64,000 nucleotides of DNA from Amphiscolops sp. MND2022 (lineage: Eukaryota), in assembly GCA_964187785.1 (NCBI GenBank), contig OZ076409.1, forward strand, positions 14,262,001-14,326,000. The letters are read 5' to 3'. How positions within the stretch are numbered: position 1 is the stretch's first letter; every line of letters starts with the position of its first letter. Positions 48,419 through 59,319 of the stretch are shown here, piece by piece. The notes below the pieces were generated by a model. It was not told where the DNA came from and did not search any database. It was given only the letters and a program-made list of their open reading frames with translations. A program made the translations under genes and the position numbers.

Positions 48419-51400
48419 ATTCACAACACAAATTTGACCACAACACAAATTTGACAGCTAGCGATCAGTTGCTTTTTGTTTACACTTGTTTACCAAATGC
48501 AACTCTGATTCTTTTCGAACTTCTAACAACTGCACCAGTGAATGCTCTATATTACATTGAAAATTTTCAAGGACATAAAACTGAAAATGCTTTCATATGA
48601 AGCCTTCCAAAATTTATCAAAAGCTCAATTATACGAACTTTACGTTGCAACTTACAAGAAGATGGAAGAAAAAGATGACATTGTAAAGAAGCACGTGCTT
48701 ACGGTCAGTGATTATTTAACTAGAAGCAACCCCTCACAACCGACAAGCTATCAAACTTCAGCTTCAAATAACCAGGTGAGATCGTTTCAAGCTTTCGATA
48801 TTCGAGAAAAAACAACCAACCTCGTGATAGGAAGCAGCTTGGTGAAAAATCTGATGAATGATCGATCTATCCCTGAAGACGTAAGCGTGCATGCGTACAA
48901 GGGATCTACTACACAGGAAAAATTGGCTTTGATGGAGCAATATCCCGATCTGAAAATGAAAACTGTTTTATTACAGGACGGTACAAATTCAATACTGCGC
49001 AACAAAAACAAAGATATCAGTGAACTGGCAGATGATACATGTGTGCTCATACAAGCGATTAAAGAAAAATTTTCCCCAGATGTGTTGGTGTTCATGGAAG
49101 TCCCCCCAATCAAAAAGTCAACCAACAATGACTCAACAAATTAAAAAATAAAACTGTTCAATCGGAAAATGAGAGAAAAATTGAAGTCTTTTGAATTCGA
49201 CATAAAAATTCTTGCTATGCACGACATGTTACTGAATCTCCCCTCATACAATGAATTATATTATGACGCTATTCATTTCAATTACCAAAGGGGTGTCCCG
49301 TTTTTAAAAAATGCTATTCTTTCTTATGTCCTTTTAACCTCAAACAATTTCATATCTGATTCAAACCGACCAATGAATTATCGAAACAAATGGAATGATA
49401 ATCGCAGTTTTTCTAATCAGAGCTACAATTACATGCGTGGCTACTACTAAGCTTTTAAGTTATGGTGCTATGTTGTTGGAAGACTTTTGAATATATATTT
49501 ACGAATGCAACCAGGTGGAAAGTTTGTTTCTATATTTATCCTCCTCATTGTTAACAAACTGCAAATATTTCAGCCACCTGTTAGCATGCAGTCCTGCGGA
49601 AGGAATTCCGCACTTAACCCCCCTTTTGATACGGTAATCTCTCCAAATTACTTATATGAACTACCACTAGTGCTGACGAAAAACGTAAAAAACCCTTTAT
49701 ACTTCGTATTCCGAGCGCAAGCTTAAATTAAGTGGTGACGTTGAAACAAACCCGGGGCTTCAAGTTAACTTCAAGGCCTTAACAAAGTTATTCCAGAATA
49801 ATAACAAATATTTGAAAATGTTCCACGTAAAAGCGCAAAGCCTGATTAAAAAAGGTTGACGCTAGAAGATATAACAAAAGATCTTGGTACAAATACCATA
49901 TATGGTATTTCGGAAACATGGCTCAAAGAAACAAATGATTTGAAACTATGGAAAAATAATCAAAACAACTTCAAAACATTCCGTGCTGACAGAGATACGC
50001 CGACTAAAGAATATGGTGGAGGAGTAATGTTAATAATTCCGTCCAGTCTGAATCCTAAAGTACGCAAATATCTGATTTACATGAACAAGAAAAATTTTGA
50101 AATTCTTTGGATAGAATGCAGTGTGAACAATAATTCTTTCAACAAGCAAAAACAACTCATAATTGTTTCTTATAACCCGAACAAAAGTCTATATCATCAA
50201 TTCCTAGAAGAATTGTCAGTCAGCATAGATCATGCAATTGTTGAAAATAAACCTTTGACAATAATGGGTGACTATAATATTAATTATCTCAACACAAGGG
50301 AAAAACAAGATTTGGAAACAGTAATTCTTCCATATGGCCTGATAGTTAGCAATACTGATCAACCTACGAGAATAAAAGGTACATCAAAAACATTGATTGA
50401 TTATATCATAACAGATCACAGCAATGCTGCATTTTTTACCGCTATTGTTTCCGACACACCTCTCCGTACCATCGGCAAAAAGCCTATTGATCATTTAGCC
50501 ACGTCTGTGATTACTAACATTCAGATGATGAAAACAACCAATGTTTTTAGAAAAACGATATTTGATAAGAAAACCTATAATAAAGAACTATTCCAATATT
50601 ATGTTCAAAATTGCGATTGGGAGTACTTCTATGGGCAAAGCTGTGCTGAAGGACTGTTCTCAATATTCTCAAATTACATTGAAAACTCTTTTAACAAATC
50701 AATATTGAAGAAAACGGTCTTCATCCGGAACGATAAAAGTAACTTAACATTACATCAGAAATGGGTTACGGAAAAGACTCAACAACATTACAAACAAATA
50801 CATCAGAGTATGAATCCTTCTGACGCAAAATATAAATTATTCCAAAGCAATTTTATTTAAAGTTTGAACTCTGATCGTAATAATTATCTAACAAATGTTT
50901 TTGCTGATCTATCCAATGATAGAGAAAAATGGAATTTCATAAATGAAGCCAGAAAATCACTGAAAACCAAAACAATAATTTCATCTCTGAAAAATGTTTT
51001 TGGCGAAACTGTATTAGATCAAAAGAAAATAGCAAATCTTCTAAACTATAGATTTTCCAAATTGGGTGACTACTTAGGTGGAATGAGAACATTTAGTGAG
51101 GAACTTATTGATGGTGCAATCAGGAATAAAACGACATTCAAGTTTAATCCCATTACACTTTTTGAGTGTAAGCAAATAGTGAGACAATTAAAATCAAACA
51201 AACCGCTCGGACCATCAAATATTCCTGCTTGGGCGCTCAAAAATTGTCTCAACATTATAGCTGAACCTCTTACCTACTTAATAAATGCATTTTTAGAAGA
51301 AGGAAGGTTTCCGAATCATCTCAAGAGAGCACATGTTGTACCAATATACAAAAATGGTGACACCGAAGAACCAAACAATTATAGACCAATCTCAATCACA

Positions 51401-53995
51401 TCGGCAATTTCAAAAATTTTTGAAAAGGTAATTCGTAATCAAATAGTTGAAGATCTTAATAAACATAACTATTTAAGTCCTATCCAGTTTGGATTTCGTG
51501 CAAAATTCTCAACAACTGATGCCCTTTTGTATGCCACTGAAAATATCAGATCAGATATTAACAACAATAAAATGGTAGCGGCAGCCTTCCTCGATCTATC
51601 AAAAGCTTTTGACTCAATCTCCCATGAAATTCTTTTGAAAAAACTTGAAGGATATCATTTCGATTCTACTGCAATTGCCCTAATTAAATGCTATTTGACC
51701 AACCGAACTCAAAAAGTAATTCTTCAAAATACATCATCAGATTGGATTAGCATATATCAAGGTGTTCCACAGGGTACCGTTCTTGGACCTCTATTATTCA
51801 ACCTCTACGTTAACAGTATGCAGAAAATAATTGACGAAACATGTAAAATAGTCCAATATGCAGACGATATTTTTCTTTTTGTTGCCGACAAATGTGTCAA
51901 AACTGCTAAACAACNNNNNNNNNNNNNNNNNNNNNNNNNNNNNNNNNNNNNNNNNNNNNNNNNNNNNNNNNNNNNNNNNNNNNNNNNNNNNNNNNNNNNN
52001 NNNNNNNNNNNNNNNNNNNNNNNNNNNNNNNNNNNNNNNNNNNNNNNNNNNNNNNNNNNNNNNNNNNNNNNNNNNNNNNNNNNNNNNNNNNNNNNNNNNN
52101 NNNNNNNNNNNNNNAAACGGTCTTCATCCGGAACGATAAAAGTAACTTAACATTACATCAGAAATGGGTTACGGAAAAGACTCAACAACATTACAAACAA
52201 ATACATCAGAGTATGAATCCTTCTGACGCAAAATATAAATTATTCCAAAGCAATTTTATTTAAAGTTTGAACTCTGATCGTAATAATTATCTAACAAATG
52301 TTTTTGCTGATCTATCCAATGATAGAGAAAAATGGAATTTCATAAATGAAGCCAGAAAATCACTGAAAACCAAAACAATAATTTCATCTCTGAAAAATGT
52401 TTTTGGCGAAACTGTATTAGATCAAAAGAAAATAGCAAATCTTCTAAACTATAGATTTTCCAAATTGGGTGACTACTTAGGTGGAATGAGAACATTTAGT
52501 GAGGAACTTATTGATGGTGCAATCAGGAATAAAACGACATTCAAGTTTAATCCCATTACACTTTTTGAGTGTAAGCAAATAGTGAGACAATTAAAATCAA
52601 ACAAACCGCTCGGACCATCAAATATTCCTGCTTGGGCGCTCAAAAATTGTCTCAACATTATAGCTGAACCTCTTACCTACTTAATAAATGCATTTTTAGA
52701 AGAAGGAAGGTTTCCGAATCATCTCAAGAGAGCACATGTTGTACCAATATACAAAAATGGTGACACCGAAGAACCAAACAATTATAGACCAATCTCAATC
52801 ACATCGGCAATTTCAAAAATTTTTGAAAAGGTAATTCGTAATCAAATAGTTGAAGATCTTAATAAACATAACTATTTAAGTCCTATCCAGTTTGGATTTC
52901 GTGCAAAATTCTCAACAACTGATGCCCTTTTGTATGCCACTGAAAATATCAGATCAGATATTAACAACAATAAAATGGTAGCGGCAGCCTTCCTCGATCT
53001 ATCAAAAGCTTTTGACTCAATCTCCCATGAAATTCTTTTGAAAAAACTTGAAGGATATCATTTCGATTCTACTGCAATTGCCCTAATTAAATGCTATTTG
53101 ACCAACCGAACTCAAAAAGTAATTCTTCAAAATACATCATCAGATTGGATTAGCATATATCAAGGTGTTCCACAGGGTACCGTTCTTGGACCTCTATTAT
53201 TCAACCTCTACGTTAACAGTATGCAGAAAATAATTGACGAAACATGTAAAATAGTCCAATATGCAGACGATATTTTTCTTTTTGTTGCCGACAAATGTGT
53301 CAAAACTGCTAAACAACGACTTGAAAATAATATTGCCAAATTAGTTGAATATTTCGAAAGTCATAGACTTAATCTCAATGAAGATAAAACCGAATTCATT
53401 GTCTTTTGCAAAAATTCTCAGAACAAATTAACAAAAAATCTCAAATTACCAGTGAAAAATCACTCCACAAGTCTTAGTTCTTTTGTAAAGTATCTTGGAG
53501 TTTACTTAGACCAAAATCTAACTTACGAAAATGAAGTAAAGCATGTCTTGAAGAAAATGGCCTGTGGTATCAAAACGATTTATGCAGTGAAACAATTCTT
53601 GCCGGAAAAAGTTTGTCTATTGCTTCTGAATGCTCTAGTTCTTAGTCATCTTCATTATCCAGCAATTTTGCTTCAAGGCATTTCACAAAATCTCTTAACA
53701 ACACTTGAAAAACAATTGAGTTGGGGTGTAAAAGCCTGTTTTAATCGTCAAAAGCAAGACTCATCTAGTGATTTGAAAATTAAACACAATATACTTCCAA
53801 TAAGAATTTTTCTTGACTATAAATCATGTTTTTACTTCTGGAAATATCACAATAACCTACTACCAGCCTTCAGTGGTCCTAATACAATACCAACAGCTAG
53901 AATGAAGTATCACAGTAGAACGAAGAAACTGGTATGCAATACAAAAATCTCTAATGAATTCATGAGAAAAAGTTTCTTCATAAGGACTCTACCCT
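48419..53995 (+). mobile_element. Near full-length LINE copy (ORF1 and ORF2) with stops and frameshifts; spans the gap and is 3'-truncated
   Basis: ORF1 48542-49450 with TAA at 49142; mutated 2A motif (DVETNPGL); APE endonuclease 49856-50860; TAA at 50858; RT 52267-53995. Confidence 0.95.
51915..52114. other. 200-N assembly gap with redundant flanks
   Basis: 50712-51914 is repeated at 52115-53317 (offset 1403), including the same premature stop. Confidence 0.97.
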
Positions 53996-54232
53996 TTGTA
54001 GAGATGAAATTATTGTTTTGGTTTTCAGTGATTTTCTGGCTTCATTTATGAAATTCCATTTTTCTCTATCATTGGATAGATCAGCAAAAACATTTGTTAG
54101 ATAATTATTACGATCAGAGTTCAAACTTTCAATAAAATTGCTTTGGAATAATTTATATTTTGCGTCAGAAGGATTCATACTCTGATGTATTTGTTTGTAA
54201 TGTTGTTGAGTCTTTTCCGTAACCCATTTCTG

Positions 54233-55601
54233 CAGAGTTCAAACTTTCAATAAAATTGCTTTGGAATAATTTATATTTTGCGTCAGAAGGATTCATACTC
54301 TGATGTATTTGTTTGTAATGTTGTTGAGTCTTTTCCGTAACCCATTTCTGATGTAATGTTAAGTTACTCTTATCGTTCCGGATGAAGACCGTTTTCTTCA
54401 ATATTGATTTGTTTAAAGAGTTTTCAATGTAATTTGAGAATATTGAGAACAGTCCTTCAGCACAGCTTTGCCCATAGAAGTACTCCCAATCGCAATTTTG
54501 AACATAATATTGGAATAGTTCTTTATTATAGGTTTTCTTATCAAATATCGTTTTTCTAAAAACATTGGTTGTTTTCATCATCTGAATGTTAGTAATCACA
54601 GACGTGGCTAAATGATCAATAGGCTTTTTGCCGATGGTACGGAGAGGTGTGTCGGAAACAATAGCGGTAAAAAATGCAGCATTGCTGTGATCTGTTATGA
54701 TATAATCAATCAATGTTTTTGATGTACCTTTTATTCTCGTAGGTTGATCAGTATTGCTAACTATCAGGCCATATGGAAGAATTACTGTTTCCAAATCTTG
54801 TTTTTCCCTTGTGTTGAGATAATTAATATTATAGTCACCCATTATTGTCAAAGGTTTATTTTCAACAATTGCATGATCTATGCTGACTGACAATTCTTCT
54901 AGGAATTGATGATATAGACTTTTGTTCGGGTTATAAGAAACATTTATGAGTTGTTTTTGCTTGTTGAAAGAGTTATTGTTCACACTGCATTCTATCCAAA
55001 GACTTTCAAAATTTTTCTTGTTAATGTAATTCAGATCTTTGCGTACTTTAGGATTCAGACTGGACGGAATTATTAACATTACTCCTCCACCATATTTTTT
55101 AGTCGGCGTATCTCTGTCAGCACGGAATGTTTTGAAGTTGTTTTGATTATTTTTCCATAGTTTCAAATCATTTGTTTCTTTGAGCCATGTTTCCGAAATA
55201 CCATATATGGTATTTGTACCAAGATCTTTTGTTATATCTTCTAGCGTCAACCTTTTTTTAATCAGGCTTTGCGCATTTACGTGGAACATTTTCAAATATT
55301 TGTTATTATTCTGGAATAACTTTGTTAAGGCCTTGAAGTTAACTTGAGGCCCCGGGTTTGTTTCAACGTCACCACTTAATTTAAGCTTGCGCTCGGAATA
55401 CGAAGTATAAAGGGTTTTTACGTTTTTCGTCAGCACTAGTGGTAGTTCATATAAGTAATTTGGAGAGATTACCGTATCAAAAGGGGGGTTAGGTGCGGAA
55501 TTCCTTCCGCAGGACTGCATGCAAACAGGTGGCTGAAATATTTGCAGTTCGTTAACAATGAGGAGGATAAATATAGAAACAAACTTTCCACCTGGTTGCA
55601 T
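54233..55601 (-). pseudogene. LINE ORF2 N-terminal part: leader peptide, 2A motif and APE endonuclease; truncated by a 118-bp duplication and the inversion
   Basis: LKLSGDVETNPGP, HVNAQSL, GISETWL, GGGVMLII, MGDYNIN, PTR...LIDYI and DH motifs. Confidence 0.93.
55347..55385 (-). other. 2A-like StopGo (ribosome skipping) motif
   Basis: LKLSGDVETNPGP fits D(V/I)ExNPGP. Confidence 0.92.
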
Positions 55602-55655
55602 TCGTAAATATATATTCAAAAGTCTTCCAACAACATAGAACAATAACTTAAAAGC

Positions 55656-56564
55656 TTAGTAGTAGCCACGCATGTAATTGTAGCTCTGATTAGAAAAACT
55701 GCGATTATCATTCCATTTGTTTCGATAATTCATTGGTCGGTTTGAATCAGATATGAAATTGTTTGAGGTTAAAAGGACATAAGAAAGTATAGCATTTTTT
55801 AAAAACGGGACACCCCTTTGGTAATTGAAATGAATAGCGTCATAATATAATTCATTGTATGAGGGGAGATTCAATAACATGTCGTGCATAGCAAGAATTT
55901 TTATGTCGAATTCAAAAGACTTCAATTTTTCTCTCATTTTCCGATTGAACAGTTTTATTTTTTCATTTGTTGAGTCATTGTTGGTTGACTTTTTGATTGG
56001 GGGGACTTCCATGAACACCAACACATCTGGGGAAAATTTTTCTTTAATCGCTTGTATGAGCACACATGTATCATCTGCCAGTTCACTGATATCTTTGTTT
56101 TTGTTGCGCAGTATTGAATTTGTACCGTCCTGTAATAAAACAGTTTTCATTTTCAGATCGGGATATTGCTCCATCAAAGCCAATTTTTCCTGTGTAGTAG
56201 ATCCCTTGTACGCATGCACGCTTACGTCTTCAGGGATAGATCGATCATTCATCAGATTTTTCACCAAGCTGCTTCCTATCACGAGGTTGGTTGTTTTTTC
56301 TCGAATATCGAAAGCTTGAAACGATCTCACCTGGTTATTTGAAGCTGAAGTTTGATGGCTTGTCGGTTGTGAGGGGTTGCTTCTAGTTAAATAATCACTG
56401 ACCGTAAGCACGTGCTTCTTAACAATGTCATCTTTTTCTTCCATCTTCTTGTAAGTTGCAACGTAAAGTTCGTATAATTGAGCTTTTAATAAATTTTGGA
56501 AGGCTTCATATGAAAGCATTTTCAGTTTTATGTCCTTGAAAATTTTCAATGTAATATAGAGCAT
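55656..56564 (-). CDS. LINE ORF1p with SGNH/GDSL esterase domain (intact, 302 aa)
   Basis: Block I LVIGSS, block II KGST, block III DGTN, block V DAIH; lies directly upstream of ORF2. Confidence 0.88.
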   Translation of the reverse strand: MLYITLKIFKDIKLKMLSYEAFQNLLKAQLYELYVATYKKMEEKDDIVKKHVLTVSDYLTRSNPSQPTSHQTSASNNQVRSFQAFDIREKTTNLVIGSSLVKNLMNDRSIPEDVSVHAYKGSTTQEKLALMEQYPDLKMKTVLLQDGTNSILRNKNKDISELADDTCVLIQAIKEKFSPDVLVFMEVPPIKKSTNNDSTNEKIKLFNRKMREKLKSFEFDIKILAMHDMLLNLPSYNELYYDAIHFNYQRGVPFLKNAILSYVLLTSNNFISDSNRPMNYRNKWNDNRSFSNQSYNYMRGYY

Positions 56565-56687
56565 TCACTGGTGCAGTTGTTAGAAGTTCGAAAAGAATCA
56601 GAGTTGCATTTGGTAAACAAGTGTAAACAAAAAGCAACTGATCGCTAGCTGTCAAATTTGTGTTGTGGTCAAATTTGTGTTGTGAAT

Positions 56688-58577
56688 TTGGGTGACTACT
56701 TAGGTGGAATAAGAACATTTAGTGAGGAACTTATTGATGGTGCAATCAGGAATAAAACGACATTCAAGTTTAATCCCATTACACTTTTTGAGTGTAAGCA
56801 AATAGTGAGACAATTAAAATCAAACAAACCGCTCGGACCATCAAATATTCCTGCTTGGGCGCTCAAAGATTGTCTCAACATTATAGCTGAACCTCTTACC
56901 TACTTAATAAATGCATTTTTAGAAGAAGGAAGGTTTCCGAATCATCTCAAGAGAGCACATGTTGTACCAATATACAAAAATGGTGACACCGAAGAACCAA
57001 ACAATTATAGACCAATCTCAATCACATCGGCAATTTCAAAAAAATTTGAAAAGGTAATTCGTAATCAAATGGTTGAATATCTTTATAAACATAACTATTT
57101 AAGTCCTATCCAGTTTGGATTTCGTGCAAAATTCTCAACAACTGATGCCCTTTTGTATGCCACTGAAAATATCAGTTCAGATATTAACAACAATAAAATG
57201 GTAGCGGCAGCCTTCCTCGATCTATCAAAAGCTTTTGACTCAATCTCCCATGAAATTCTTTTGAAAAAACTTGAAGGATATCATTTCGATTCTACTGCAA
57301 TTGCCCTAATTAAATGCTATTTGACCAACCGAACTCAAAAAGTAATTCTTCAAAATACATCATCAGATTGGATTAGCCTATATCAAGGTGTTCCACAGGG
57401 TACCGTTCTTGGACTTCTATTATTCAACCTCTACGTTAACAGTATGCAGAAAATAATTGACGAAACATGTAAAATAGTCCAATATGCAGACGATATTTTT
57501 CTTTTTGTTGCCGACAAATGTGTCAATACTGCTAAACAACGACTTGAAAATAATATTGCCAAATTAGTTGAATATTTCGAAAGTCATAGACTTAATCTCA
57601 ATGAAGATAAAACCGAATTCATTGTCTTTTGCAAAAATTCTCAGAACAAATTAACAAAAAATCTCAAATTACAAGTGAAAAATCACTCCACAAGTCTTAG
57701 TTCTTTTGTAAAGTATCTTGGAGTTTACTTAGACCAAAATTTAACTTACGAAATTGAAGTAAAGCATGTCTTGAAGAAAATGGCCTGTGGTATCAAAACG
57801 ATTTATGCAGTGAAACAATTCTTGCCGGAAAAAGTTTGTCTATTGCTTCTGAATGCTCTAGTTCTTAGTCATCTTCATTATCCAGCAATTTTGCTTCAAG
57901 GCATTTCACAAAATCTCTTAACAACACTTGAAAAACAATTGAGTTGGGGTGTAAAAGCCTGTTTTAATCGTCAAAAGCAAGACTCATCTAGTGATTTGAA
58001 AATTAAACACAATATACTTCCAATAAGAATTTTTCTTGACTGTAAATCATGTTTTTACTTCTGGAAATATCACAATAACCTACTACCAGCCTTCAGTGGT
58101 CCTAATACAATACCAACAGCTAGAATGAAGTATCACAGTAGAACGAAGAAACTGGTATGCAATACAAAAATCTCTAATGAATTCATGAGAAAAAGTTTCT
58201 TCATAAGGACTCTACCCCTGTGGAATAGCCTACCATCTTGTCTGGTCAAAAAGAAATTTTCCGCTGAAACAATTAAAAGCAAATATAAAGTTCACTTCTC
58301 AAACAAAATTGCGAAAGAAATTGAACAACCGGAACATAGAAAAAAATGCTGGAGAGATTACCGCTTTAGTTAAATTTTACTATTAATGCATTAGTTTGTT
58401 GTTTATTAGTGTTTGTTATTGTTTTTATTAATAATCACACTGCCTTTTTTAAGGAAACAAAATGATGTCTCTTTTAATTAAGGAATTCAGTGTTTTTTTA
58501 CCTTGCAGGGGCTTTTTCCTCCGGCTTACCTTGAAGAGTTTACGTCTATAAACAATTCCCTGTTCAAAAATTCAAAT
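56688..58577 (+). mobile_element. LINE 3' half with an open RT frame to 58373 and 3' UTR; 3' end approximate
   Basis: Uninterrupted RT motifs (AFD, PQG, YADD, YLG). Putative tail ttcaaaaattcaaat. Confidence 0.95.
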
Positions 58578-59319
58578 CCTGGTTGAAGCAAAAAGTTTCT
58601 AGGTAGGTCAGGAATTTGAATACTGCGCAGGACTACTTTTTCATCTTTGCAAAGCTAGACGAGACCAAATTTATTTCTCTCGACGGCACGGATTTTTTCG
58701 GCACAAAGCTACTTTTTTGGATGAAACTTCTCAACAAAGTGTCTTCTTTCGAGTTTTCATTTAAACAAGTGCGTTTTAAACAAAAAAGCTCGACTCTTTT
58801 GGTGACTTTTTTCTCGAATACAGACCTCACACTGAAAGGTCCACTTTTTACAGAATTTCTCTTTGCGCTCCCACTTTACTAGTAAGCAATCTCTGGTGCT
58901 TCCAAAGGGTACCATTTTTGGAGACCATAGTTTTTTAAGTTTTTGTCGTTACTAAGAAACTCAGTTTGTTTTTGCTGTTTTGGTAGGTATCGTTTTCCCA
59001 AAATTTCCTTATAAAAGGGTCCCTCTTCGGTTATTTTGATGTTCTGCAACCGACTGGCAGATGAAAAAGCTTAAATTGTCCACTCTTGCACTTTCAGCAG
59101 TGTGAGAATTTTTTCGAAGTTTTTATTTATGCTTGCAAAGGTAGAGGGGCGACCAAAGGGCTCTTTGTTTTTCTGTACTATAAGACTTTTCTCAATATTT
59201 TTGAAACAACCGAGTTGCCCACCTTCAATTTTTAGCAGAAACAGCGTTTTGCGAGCATAGACGGCTATTTAGTATTTTCGGCATCGAAGAAACACCGCGA
59301 TCTTTTGAAAAAATGGAAA

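Noticed and set aside
50712..53317. 1203-bp direct repeat read as tandem LINE copies
   Set aside because: Apparently identical copies flank a 200-N gap; this is most likely an unmerged contig overlap.
56658..56687. Novel N-terminus (MCCGQICVVN) fused to the RT
   Set aside because: TTG start read from the inverted LINE 5' end; a by-product of the junction.
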